Shown here: piece after piece, positions 1 to 11,438 of the stretch
Layout of the letters: every line of letters begins with the position of its first letter
Numbering within the stretch: the stretch's first letter is position 1
Assembly: GCA_010015805.1 (NCBI GenBank)
Contig: ML978123.1
Location: 3,162,001-3,226,000 of the forward strand
DNA from: Rhizodiscina lignyota
Lineage: Eukaryota
Direction of reading: 5' to 3'
DNA length: 64,000 bases
Notes under the pieces: generated by a model
The model's input: the letters and a program-made list of their open reading frames with translations, nothing else
What the model was told of the DNA's origin: nothing
Databases searched by the model: none
Made by a program: the position numbers and the translations under genes

Positions 1-1262
1 AGAAGGAGATTGGGTGGAGTGCGTCGTCGTAGATGCAGCAGACACTGGCGCAGTGTGGAATATTGGAGCAGATTCACGTCTTTCTCCAGGCCTATATGAG
101 CATACAAAGTCTATCCCAATGTACAGGTTGAGTTTGCTCACCCTGAACCCAGACTTTCCGCTTCCAGCTTTGCCAGTTCCACTGCAACTCGCGTCCCTCG
201 CTGGACATTTGAGGATACCAGGGCATGGTTCGCCGCGACGCTCTTCCCGTTCGTGAGTTCTTTAATCTTGGATAATATATATGGCGTATTATCCTTTCCG
301 CTGATGCCATTTTCCTCCGCCTCTTGTACAGCCGACGCGATAATGTCGTCTATGTACTCCTTGGGTATTGCGGCCGACTCAGGGATTGGATTTGCAAAGA
401 GCAGTCCCGATGAAAGTTGAAGCGTCATTTGCGCGTCTATTACACGTTAGTCCATCTACTCTGCGCGCTCTCTGGAGCACAATGACTCCTTACGAACTAC
501 AGCCGCAGCTTCCCTCTCATCCCTCACCGTCATCGGACTCTTCACCCCGCTCTCCCTCGCCCAGAATGCCGGGAAATCCACATTTCCCTTTCGCCCATCT
601 GCAAACGTAGCCACCCCGACGCCCTGCGTCTCCAGATACTCAATCGTGCGCGGGATATCCAAAAAACTTTTGCATCCACTACTAACCACTGCCACCGGAG
701 TCCGTCCCAATTCCGTCAAATCTGCTGAGACATCCATACTCACCTCCCCGCCACGATGCACGCCGCCCAGGCCACCAGTTGCGAAAACCTTGATACCAGC
801 CAGATGCGCCAACACCATGGTCCCCGCGATCGTGGTGCCGCCATGGAACGACTTCCCGGCTAGTCTCAGGCCCGTTGCGAATGCTAGGTCGCGCCTCGAG
901 ATCTTGAGTACATCTTGCTTCCCAACGGATGAGGTGAGTCTGATGAGTTCATCTGGTGATAGACCCACATGCGCGACGCCATCGAGGATGCCGATGGTTG
1001 CGGGGACCGCGCCATTTACGCGCACGATGGACTCAAGCTCTGAGGCGAGCGCGACATTTGAAGGGTAGGGGAAGCCGTGGGTGTAGATTGTGGTTTCTAG
1101 TGCGACGACTGGGCGATTGGAGTGGATTGCTTCGCGGATCTCTTCTGATATGACGAGAAATGGGTTGTCTGGGGCGATTGTGGCCTTTCTCCTCATCCGC
1201 GACACTTGATATGCACCCTTGCTCTTTCTTATTCCCCTGAAGGCTAATTGTGGGCGAAACAT
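1..1262 (-). CDS. Pseudouridine-5'-phosphate glycosidase (PsuG/IndA family); probably the N-terminal half of the fungal PsuG-PfkB kinase fusion, running off the window start
   Basis: Motifs PVVALETTIYTHG, GGTTIAGTM, FATGGLGGVHRG, DVSADLTELGRTP, SSGCKSFLDI and GKDNTPYIL. Introns at 493-437 (GTAAGG..CTAAC..TAG) and 141-92 (GTGAGC..TAG) keep the frame, which continues to position 1 as a Ser/Thr/Pro linker. The Arg-rich N-terminus resembles a mitochondrial presequence. Confidence 0.9.
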
Positions 1263-1700
1263 GTTCCTTTATGGCTTGCTATGGAATCATACTCGCCGGA
1301 AGATCTTGGAGTCGCGAAGATAGATAGCTCAAAGAGGAATAGCTGTTGGAGTGACAAGTTTTTCATAAACCCTAACCCTATTCGAAAAATTGGCGATAGA
1401 CACAACCACCTCTCCCACAATCTCTTCATCCTTTCGGCAACGTGATTATTCTAGATCGGTACCGAATCTCCATACTTTCTCGTCCTTTCCAGCACTTATT
1501 CTCTGTGCCTCGACCACTCTGCCAGCCAGACAGCTCCCGTGAGCTCCTCAATGGCAAAAATTCATCTTCCGCAATTCTAGGAAGACTCTGGACCAACAGA
1601 ATACTAATGATTGATATTTTGTTATCTTTCCTTCAGTATGGGCTTCCATATACCATTCTGTCACTCTTCCGATCGTACTCCTTTCGCCCGTCCGTTCATC

Positions 1701-2453
1701 CTAATGTTGTACAACGATCGAAAAGAAATGTACATCTGATAGCGTAGCGCCCTGATTATAATTCCCAACTTTGAAATAGCTCAACGGCGCATTCAGCTGA
1801 TACGTGCTCAATCCCTTGGTGGGTTCGTCGTTGAGGGTCACGGAAAGCTTGTTTGACTCGTATGCTATCTCGTACGTAAAGTTCCCTCCGACAGGGACGT
1901 TGCCGATGTACGTTGGGACCTCATTTCCTCCCGTCCTGTTGCGTTCGACGCCCATATTTAGATCTCCTGCCGAACTATAATATAGTTCGCATACCGGCTT
2001 AGTCGAGAGGCTATCGTCGATATGGATCTGGCCGATCACAGTACCCATCGTGCTATCATCCGGCTCCGGGACATTGAGCATCACTTTCATTCGGTTCGTA
2101 GCAGCATTAGGATCCCAACTCGACGGGTTGATTTCGCGCAGCTCTGTGCGACAATGCGCGCTGTTTTTGGTTGTCACACAAACGGATGAAGCCGGACTGC
2201 CTGGGACCTTGAAGACTGCGGCTCCGTCTTTGCTCTCGGTAAAGAAATACATATGTTGGGGATCCTGATACCCGCCGCAGCCTGTCAGTTGAGAGGTTGG
2301 GATAGTGTCGGGGTTGTTTTTTGCGCCGATTGGCAACTGGAGTTCCCAAATGCTCAAGTCGAAATTGCCGCCTGGCGCACAGCTGGTATTCAAGGCAGAG
2401 GAGATGGAAATGAGGAGGATGAATGGCAAAGACGTGATTGAGAGACAATACAT
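1701..2453 (-). CDS. Secreted polysaccharide lyase family 7 (alginate/beta-glucuronan lyase-like)
   Basis: Intronless 250 aa ORF with a hydrophobic signal peptide and PL7 hallmark motifs FDLSIWELQLP, RTELRE, IGQIH and YFKVGNYNQ. Confidence 0.9.
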   Translation of the reverse strand: MYCLSITSLPFILLISISSALNTSCAPGGNFDLSIWELQLPIGAKNNPDTIPTSQLTGCGGYQDPQHMYFFTESKDGAAVFKVPGSPASSVCVTTKNSAHCRTELREINPSSWDPNAATNRMKVMLNVPEPDDSTMGTVIGQIHIDDSLSTKPVCELYYSSAGDLNMGVERNRTGGNEVPTYIGNVPVGGNFTYEIAYESNKLSVTLNDEPTKGLSTYQLNAPLSYFKVGNYNQGATLSDVHFFSIVVQH

Positions 2454-4046
2454 GGTTCTGGATACGATATGCTGGATCTTGCAAAGCGAAAGACGTTGTG
2501 GGCGCGCTCTCTAGGCTAAACATTCGGAGAACACTATTCTTTATATGTCTGGAAGTATACCAATTGAATTGCAATCTCGCTATTCATTACATCAAATATG
2601 GTCATTGGTAACCAGGTTCGCACCTGTACCCTTGGTGGCATCCCGTATTGTCAAGTTCTTGGTGCTCAATCTACCAGGGTCTATAAAAACGCCAGGAGCT
2701 GTTCAAAGCTATACAAGCGTTCGTATTCACGTTACATTCCTAGGGGTAGGCGATGAAGATCCCTTAAATTGCGACCATCAAGGAATAGTTGCAATGCTCT
2801 ATCCACTAGCAGCATCGCGAACTGAATGGACGCCATTCTCAGAAATCGGAATCTGCATAATTGATGACTTAGCACTAGTAGTCAAATCGGCATATACACC
2901 CAGTCTGGTTAAGTTTCTACGAAATAAGCCTGACAGGCATTGTTTTGAACGGTAATATGTGCGTGAGCATGAACCAAGCTAATACCGAAGCTTCCTAATA
3001 CTCTCATTTCATGATCACCACTGACTCGATATTTCCGAGAAAACCAATCGCGATCCATACATTTCCACGTTAAACGCCATTGACTTGACCAGACTACTTC
3101 CATAGCTAGGTTGCCGCTGCGTCCCGCAATACGAATCGTCGGGCTCCTAAATGCCACCGGAAACGGGAAAAGATGAGCTATTTCGATATCCAACTTCAGC
3201 CATTTCGTAACTTCTTGGCTTTATTTCCGACCTATCAACTGTCTTCTTTCAAGTGTTATAGGACTCTTCGGCTCACTATACTCTGTCTAGACCATGGGGC
3301 TCTCCCCTGTTTCCCGATAGGGCCTACGCAAATATCTGGTGACAGCTCATATTGTTCTCCGATTTACATCGAAGATCTTGCTCGATCATTCCGAGTGACC
3401 GTTAAATTGAACAGTATTTCCTGATTCTCAGCTTTGCATTCCTGCACAACGTCATGCCTCAATCTAGGCAAGATATTGATTCTATCGAGCAGATTAAGAT
3501 CATGACTCAGGAGACGGCTCGTCAATGTCGTTTAGTATGCTTGTATATAAGCTTCGTATCTGTTCTGGTATTCAAGGTCCTGAGTTTTAGTCTAGACCTC
3601 TCTTCCCGCCATGTTGAAACATTAGTGGAGCGGGTTGTTAGTTCAAAGTAGGATCCATCTTCGAAATGGGAAAGTCAATTCGACCATCAGCTCGTATTGA
3701 TACTCCATAGAAGTGCTTCTTTGACGATGAACTCGTATCTCAGTTCAATGTAACTATCGTTATCTGTGTCGGAAGACTATTATAACGGCTTCACTGGCGG
3801 ACTAAACGTTTTCGAATTAGGAATCGTGATATAATGCTGATATCGCGTATCTTCCCGCCTCTTTGCAGTTCAAACGGTGTCTTGATATGTGAAATGTGTC
3901 GTTGCCGAATACCAAGACTGAAGTCTATAAGTACCTGCACACTCTGCGTCGGACAGGGTATATCCTCAGACATTTCTCTGCAATCAATCGGCATAGGAGG
4001 CACATACCTATCGCAGACTTCAGAGTCTAATCGCTATCAGTTCATC

Positions 4047-4655
4047 ATGAAGACTTTCATCCCCCAATTTACGGCCATTGGTGCCATTCTCTTCAGTCTC
4101 GTTGAGGCAGTTCCTGTCGCAGACGCTGCAAGCCTTGACATGACACCGAATCCCGCCAATGCTCTTGCCAAACGCTCTAGCAACACGGGATGTGTCCAGA
4201 TGCACTGTTACACCACGCAGTGCGACGAAGTCGGCGGTACCGACTGTATGACCGTCCAGGTCTATCATGATGGACAGTATATCCTCCATCTCCAGGGTGA
4301 ACAGGCCGTTGCAACCCAGGACTCTGTGTGGAAGTGGTCAGGTGTTCCCGACAACCAAGGCCATGAATGGGGCGTCAAAATTGCTGGCGATTGCCAACAC
4401 GTTGACTACCTTAACACCTTTCAGAGCTCATACGGGTTCTACGCCCTGTCGAGTACCGGTGGCGGTGTCAGCTCCTGGGACTGCGGCACCGGTCAGGCAG
4501 CGCGGAAGTGCGCTGAGTGGGAGGCCACGTTCGCGGACAACGCACACTGTGGTGGATACACTGCGATCGGGACTTGCGACTACCAGAATACGTGCAGCTC
4601 TCCGGATCCCGGTAGTCCATTCTTCGCTTCACAATCATACTTTTCCACCTCTTAG
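4047..4655 (+). CDS. Small secreted cysteine-rich protein (effector/toxin-like, family not recognised)
   Basis: ATG at 4047 gives 202 aa: signal peptide MKTFIPQFTAIGAILFSLVEA, a propeptide ending LAKR, then a mature part with 10 Cys. Intronless, with coding-like codon usage. Confidence 0.8.
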   Translation: MKTFIPQFTAIGAILFSLVEAVPVADAASLDMTPNPANALAKRSSNTGCVQMHCYTTQCDEVGGTDCMTVQVYHDGQYILHLQGEQAVATQDSVWKWSGVPDNQGHEWGVKIAGDCQHVDYLNTFQSSYGFYALSSTGGGVSSWDCGTGQAARKCAEWEATFADNAHCGGYTAIGTCDYQNTCSSPDPGSPFFASQSYFSTS

Positions 4656-5712
4656 ATGTTCCTCAAAGGTGCAGTGACCCGTTAGTCGCAGAGCACGGTG
4701 CAGTAGCACGACGGGCCCATGAGAATCAGAGAAGAGGGTTGATATGGTGGACGGAATCTTGAGAAGCAGGCGGAAGATGTCTTTGTTGACTGGAACATTC
4801 ATTCTTGCTGTATCTGTGATTCTATCGGAAATTTGATAGTGAGAATAAAAACAAACCGATTAGCAGACGATTGATTGCTCAGATCTCTTTATCTCAACAA
4901 CGGGACTATTCTGTCCTGCTCACCCGCCAACAATGTAAGCTTCCTTCCGGGGTCGCCCTTACAGTCGGCCACACAAGGGCGCAGAACCGTCGCCGGACGA
5001 ACCACTGATCAAGTTCTGGACCTCATACTGGATGAGGAAGAACTCGAAATGGCGCAGAGATTTGTTCGAACAAGTTGATCCTGATATCGGCGCAGATAAC
5101 GCGATGTGAGTGAGTACTAAAATTATCACATCAAGGACTCAATAAGAAGACCTCATGTATGTAGCTATCACGCACATCAGGCTACAGACCTCTTCAAGCC
5201 TGGTTTGCCTGGTAACATCATGCTTGCCGGGAACCATACTTTGACATGTTTGGAATCCCGCTACCGCACGTTGCATATGTAAATATAAGATCAGCAGTTA
5301 CTGGAGACGGTAGGCATTGATCTGTGCTTTCAGGACACTGATATGGATGCAGCTGGACAATTGTGGCACGCGCTCCATAGATGGTCACAAGGTCATTCAG
5401 GAAAAAGACCGGAACCAGGAACAATTTTCTATATGCAAATACAACTTGAGACTTCTGCACAGCATAAAGATCAAAGTATGTTTTGAATACAATATCATGA
5501 GTGCACTGTACGTTCCGCTCCGTCTGTTCGACGGGTGGCTTTCGTGCACGGACCTTTTTCGAAGGACCGACCGTCGTGAAGCTTCCACCACACTCGCCTT
5601 CACAGCAACTTCGACATCATCACGAACTTCACGACCCCATCGAGCTTCGAGACCACGACAAACTACATTTCTCTCACCTCCTCCACCTCACAACTCCACA
5701 GAGCTGCCCAAC

Positions 5713-6624
5713 ATGGCCGAGCAAGAAGTCCAAACCCTGATAAAACAGCTCAACCAATCTCTCTCATCACGCAACTTCACAACCGCCTCCTCGCTCCTCT
5801 CCCGCGCGAAAATCGCCCTCCTCCACCTCAACGCGCTCATCCCCTCCCCAGGCACACCCGGCACACATCTCCATCTCGCGCGCGAAACGCTCGAGCTGGG
5901 CGCGCTCATCTCAATCCGCCTGCAAGACCCAGAGAGCTTCACGCGGTACTTCCACAGTCTCACGCCCTTCTACGCCTTACCTTCGTCAAGACTACCGAAA
6001 GAAGGTGGCAATGAGAGCAAGATCACGGGCCTGTATTTGCTGTTGCTGCTGAGCCAGGGCGACTACGCCGGATTCCATACGCTGTTGGAGGGACTGGAGG
6101 TCGCGGCCGCGGAGAAGGAAGAGGGAGGAAGGAAAGGTCTTGAGGAGGACAAGTTCATCCAGTATCCGATAAGACTGGAGCAGGCGCTCATGGAGGGGAG
6201 CTATGATCGTGTATGGGGCGAGACGAAGGGGGAGAGGGTGCCGAGTGAGGAGTTTGGCGTGTTCTCGGAGGTGAGCTTATATCTTTATGTTTCTTCTCCC
6301 ACCACAGTCTCGTGACCAGTGTGGCTAATGAGTATCTGATAGGTCCTTATCGGCACCATCCGCGCAGAAATCGCATCCTGCTCTGAAAAGGCATACCCAT
6401 CGATCCCCATTTCCAACGCTAAGAACCTCTTCTTCCTCGACAGCGAAGGTGCAGTCATACAGTTCGCTCAGCAGCGAGGCTGGACGGCGCGGGACGGGCG
6501 GATATACTTCCCGCAACAGGAGCTTGAGGCACTTGGTGGATCCGAGAAGGACATTCTCGTCACGTCGGGACAGGTGATTGAGAATACATTGGGATATGCG
6601 AGGGAGCTGGAGACCATCGTCTAG
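5713..6624 (+). CDS. RPN12: 26S proteasome lid subunit Rpn12
   Basis: ARETLELGALISIR, FTRYFHSLTPFY, LEQALMEGSYDRVW, TIRAEIASCSEKAY and the C-terminal IENTLGYARELETIV. One intron at 6271-6342. Confidence 0.93.
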
Positions 6625-6910
6625 ACCAGGAAATGAATGCTGATACTCTGGTGCTATGTGCATATATTGCAAGCATGGCGTTCACGGCTGTAGCCATAGA
6701 CTAGGGACTAAGGACATTATAAATGCACAATGCATGCTCGCCTTCCTAGGCTGGCTTGAATTAAAGCGAAATTTGGCTCTGCTTTGAATACATGGTTGCA
6801 GAAGATATGAGCGGAATCGTCGCAGAGTTTGCCTTCGGCCCAAAAACGTACTCGCTAATATGTTACAATCGCTTCCTCATCTCCCACCTCCTCCACCCTC
6901 TGTCGCTGTC

Positions 6911-8033
6911 TCATTTCTTGCTCTCCTCATTCTTCGTGACGTTCAAGCCCAAGCCGGTAGCGTCAAGATACACCTTATTCTGACTTCGCTCCAGAATGGC
7001 CGCAATGTTCCGCGCATTCTCGAATGTCCTCAAATCGACGTAACTCCTGCTCTTCTTAATAGCATCACCAATGAGCTCCGCAGAACGTGCTTCACCCTGT
7101 GCGCGGACGACCATGGCCTGTTTCTCTTGTCTGGCTTTGTCGACGACGAAGGCGGCCCGCTGGGCTTCCTGTTGCGCGACTTGTTTTGCTTCGACGGCGG
7201 CGGTGAATTCAGGGGAGAAGGCGAGATGCTATATTTTCGATTAGCTTACCGTCTGATCCTGTTCTTCCAAGGAAAGGTAAAGAACGTACAGTTAACGACA
7301 CATCATCAAGCAGAATGTTAAACCTCGCTGCCCTCCGCACCAAGTTATCCCTCACCAATCTGCTGACATTCTCTCTCTGGGTGATCAACTGGCTGGCATT
7401 GAATTGTGCAACCACACTCTTGAGAACCTCGTTGACGATGGATGGCAGCACTCGCTCGTCGTAGTCTGTCCCCAGCGTGCGGTATATTTGCGGCAGCGCT
7501 TCCACTCGCGGTCTGGAGAGGACACGACATGTGATGTTAACCATCTGCAGGTCCTTGGTGCCGGTAAGTGAGGCGACATTACGAGGCTTCGCGCGGACGT
7601 CGTATGTTATGGCCGTTTCAAGCCAGGGGAGTCGGAGATGGGTTCCTTTGCACATATCAGAATAAGCTCTACATTCTAAAGAAAGAAATATAGTTGAACA
7701 TACCTTCCCCATAAATCTCCTTACTCACACCACCTATCCTCGTATACTTGATCGCGCGATGTCCACCGTCCACTACGCCTCCAATCAGCTTCCAATCCTC
7801 TCAGGCAACTCACTCCTCATAACCCCAAACGTACCATTGAACAGCGCATTATTCGCCAGCACCACGCCGCCGCCCACCAGCAGCAAAAGCCCCATCCCAC
7901 CGATCACATTCCGTGGATTGCCTCCGGGGAAGCCGCCGCCGCCACCACCGAACCGCTTGCTGCCCTGGCGCTGTGCATTTTGCAGCGTCTGCGTAAGGCG
8001 TCGCCAGGTTTCTTGCGGGTCTGGGCCAGACAT
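6911..8033 (-). CDS. PHB2: Prohibitin-2 (SPFH domain)
   Basis: [69 protein letters not shown] and [12 protein letters not shown] across several exons. Confidence 0.95.
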
Positions 8034-8765
8034 TATATGTGAGGAGCGTTGGAGGGGAGGGGGAGTGGTGGTGAAGCTCGAGGATTGTAGTACAGAAGGT
8101 GGAGAACTTGAAAGCTATATTTTAGGCGCGCGGGTACGCTTGGAGCGGCTAAATACTATTATCGAACCATCTAAACCTGAAATATGCAATTTTCTCAAGA
8201 TCTTCGGTTATTTCTGTTCTGTTACTACTTCATGCATTAAACGTACTCTGCCCTGTGAACTCACAGCTGTGGAAGGCAATGTTTGTTGGTAGTTGGCGCT
8301 GCTAAAACACTTTTCGTTCTTCAGATCAGTTTGGCGATCGGCGCTCCACGCGATAGGCCCTGCTTGCAGCAAGAGCTCGGACGCGACGTAATACTGCGAG
8401 CGGCGGGTCTTAGTGTTGTTTACAAGTGTCCTCTCTACCATTCAGCTTCATGTGACAGAACTAAAGAAGAGCCTCCCTCTTATCATCTCCTTTCTCTTCA
8501 CTTTCTTTTTACTGTAGCCGATTCCAGCAAGACAGTCGAAGGCCAGCGCACACTTCAAGCTGGCCGTGGAGTGAGCTCGTTTGCGGTATGCACAAGTCTC
8601 TTTGAACAAGATCAAACTCGATATTTTAATCATTGCTAACGATTAAACATATAGTCTCTTTATCATAGCTTCTACCAACATTCGAGAAACACTTTGTTTT
8701 CTCCAGATAATTCCCAGACCCGATCGTCAAACCCCACAAACAATCTATTCACCCACTTCTCCACC

Positions 8766-10176
8766 ATGTACATGATGCACCGCATACCGGCCACGCTGGC
8801 CCTGCTAGCATTCTCCATCCTACAGACTCAAGCCGCAACCGTAGTCAACGAACTCAGCTTCGGCCTTCACAGCAAAGTTTCCGACGACCATGGCACAGTC
8901 CCAGGCTGGCACGTCAGCGGCGAGGGCCACCTCCCCCAAATCATGTCCGACCGAGTCATCCTCACGCCTCCATACCCTGGCGGCCAGCGCGGCTCTATGT
9001 GGACAGACGCAACGTCCAAGGATGCGGAGTGGAACGCTGACATCGAGTTTCGTGTGAATGGGGATGAGCGCGGTCGAGGGAACCTGCACATCTGGTATGC
9101 GAAAGACGGGCAGAGGGAGGTTAGTACGTCTAGCGTGTACACGATTGGTAGGTTTGACGGGCTTGCGCTGGTGCTAGATCAGTACGAGGGACGCGGTGGG
9201 AGTCTGAGAGGTTTCCTAAATGATGGCTCGAAGAGCTTCAGGGATCAGCATATTGTTGATACATTGGCGTTTGGGCATTGCGACTTCGCATATCGCAATT
9301 TGGGACACTTCACGCATTTGAATGTCAGGCAGACGAGGGATGGGCTGGAGGTTCAGATTGGTGGGAGGCCGTGCTTCAAGACTGACAAGGTATGTATCCG
9401 GAAACTTTTGGGTACGACTTCAGTTTACGAATACAATAATAGGTCAAGCTACCTGCGGGCTACCAATTCGGCGTAACTGCTGCATCGGCGGAGAATCCAG
9501 ACTCCTTTGAGCTCTCTCAATTCATCGTAGAAAGCAGCGGCAGTGGCCCCAGTCTTGGTTCAGGAAGCTTCCAAGCACCGCCCGATCAACAGCCAATGGG
9601 CTCTTCTCAACAGTCTTCACCGCGCGATACCTCCTGGCGCTACGGTGATGACACCCCCGACATTCCAGCGTCCGACTTCCGCTCGCAAGACGACCAATTC
9701 AAGGACTTGCACAACCGGCTCATGGTGCTGCACCATCAGCTTAACTCGCTGGTGCATGATTTCGAAGGCGTGAAACAGCATGCAGAGGAGAACCAGGCGA
9801 TTCTGATCAATCGGTACATGAATCCACTGCACGACTTCCAGGACGAGATCCACAAGCGCATCGTGAATATCGAACGTGATGTCGAGTCGATTAAGAAGGA
9901 CTTTGAGGCAAAGGATTTCAAGGCTGCAGTGAAGCAGTTGCATGATGCGCTGCAGGAGTCGCACTCCAGTTTACTGTTCCATTTGCCTGAGTGTGAGTAC
10001 CATTTCGGGATGTGAGTGGGGGGAGAAGATGCTAATGTTCGTGATTAGTGACGAAGAGCTCAAGCCCCAGACTCGGCTTCTTCGTGTTTATCATCATTGC
10101 GTTCCAGTTGATATTGGCAGGTAGCTATGTCGTGTACAAGCGGAGAAGGAATAGCGGGCCAAAGAAGTTTTTGTAG
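8766..10176 (+). CDS. L-type (legume-like) lectin cargo receptor, Emp46/Emp47/ERGIC-53 family
   Basis: Signal peptide, ILTPPYPGGQRGSMW, FDGLAL, LRGFLNDG, FGHC, FGVTAASAENPDSFE, a coiled coil, a C-terminal TM segment and a di-lysine tail ..GPKKFL*. Introns at about 9390-9441 and 9992-10048. Confidence 0.9.
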
Positions 10177-10492
10177 CGCTTCTGCCTACATGGGGACTGG
10201 AATGGATCTGGCGTTCTGGATACTATGGTAGGAACCTGGTAGGTAGGGCTCCGGATGAGAAACACGCTTCTACACACATGACACGTCTTTTCTCTCACCT
10301 ACTTCTTGTTGACGTAGACGTATTGGTGGCGCCCGGATGCAGGGCCCGTTACCATTGATTGAGCATTATCATGACATTATTATACAGTATAATGGGCCTC
10401 TTTTCGACTAGCCAATTTCCTCGTCAATCCATTCAATTCAAATGGTCAATTCCACCAACTTTACAATCCCACAGCAGAGTACACCATCACAC

Positions 10493-11438
10493 CTATACCC
10501 GCTCAATAACAGCCCATCCTGCCGCCAATGCACCCGCGCCAACCATAACTGCCCTCGCGGCGTTCAGCAGCTGCCACTTCCACAGCAGCGTCCACAAATC
10601 CTTTCCATCCTCTTCGTTAATATCGGCTTTCGTCTTCGCCGCCTCGGCTAACTTCTTCAGCTTCCCGTTCGTGTCTTTCATAGCCGTCACCGTGAACGGC
10701 GCAATAGACGGGATGATGATGGCTGCGAAGAGGTAGAGGGGGAAGTTAGTAGCGTGGGTGCTGCCTGCCGGGGCGAGGGTTGCTGTGGGGTGTTAGTGAT
10801 GTGGCTTTTAGAGGCAGTTTTGATAGAAACAGATGGGCAGGAGTTGAGGGTGATGAAATCGCTGACCCCCGGTAAGTTGTAAGGCGGAAGGGTGAATAGC
10901 TCTTGCACCTCAAGATTGAGGAGACTGTCCCTGCAAGTTGTGTTCTACCTCCTTCGGAGTATCTTTGCCAACAGTACACCGTTGAAGGCTACGTCCGCTT
11001 TACTACTCGTCGGGGCTATACATTCACGCCCAAGCTAACTCTTTTATTACCTTTAGGACGGGGCAAGTAGAATTGTGAAGAACTGTAGATAATTGGAACA
11101 TACCATCATACGCCAAATACCCAAAGCAAGCCGCCGGCAGCAGTGCCGCTGTCGGACACACGGCTGCACCAATTTGATATGCTTCCAACCAGTTGCGCAC
11201 GGTGCTTCTGTTGTCGGACTCGGCGTTCTTCATGGCTTGAATTGCGACGAAGGAGAAGCAGCCGATTGTGCCTGAGGGTGGGGTTAGCCCTTTGATACTT
11301 TGAAGTACGGTATAGATGGATTTTGGTAAGGGAACCGAATCTTTGGGGAGAGAATATACCTGACAGCCATGCTGCAGACGTGACGCCGACGAGTTGCGCA
11401 ATCCGGAGTGTGCTTGGAAGAGTGGTGGGAGAAGACAT
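10493..11438 (-). CDS. DUF1772 / anthrone oxygenase-like membrane protein
   Basis: Three exons reconstruct MSSPTT..AAWLSGTIGCFSF..WLEAYQIG..FGYLAYD|ATLAPAG..IAPFTVTAMKDTNGKL..LWKWQLLNAARAVM. The PFT..M..TN..L and W..LN..R motifs fit DUF1772. The second intron is about 320 nt. Confidence 0.75.

Noticed and set aside
3834..4046. N-terminal extension of the 273 aa ORF
   Set aside because: The signal peptide begins at the ATG at 4047; the upstream part looks like promoter or 5' UTR.
5317..5712. 132-codon in-frame extension of RPN12
   Set aside because: Starts at a non-ATG codon, has no Rpn12 character and runs through a C/A-rich leader; ATG 5713 has good context.
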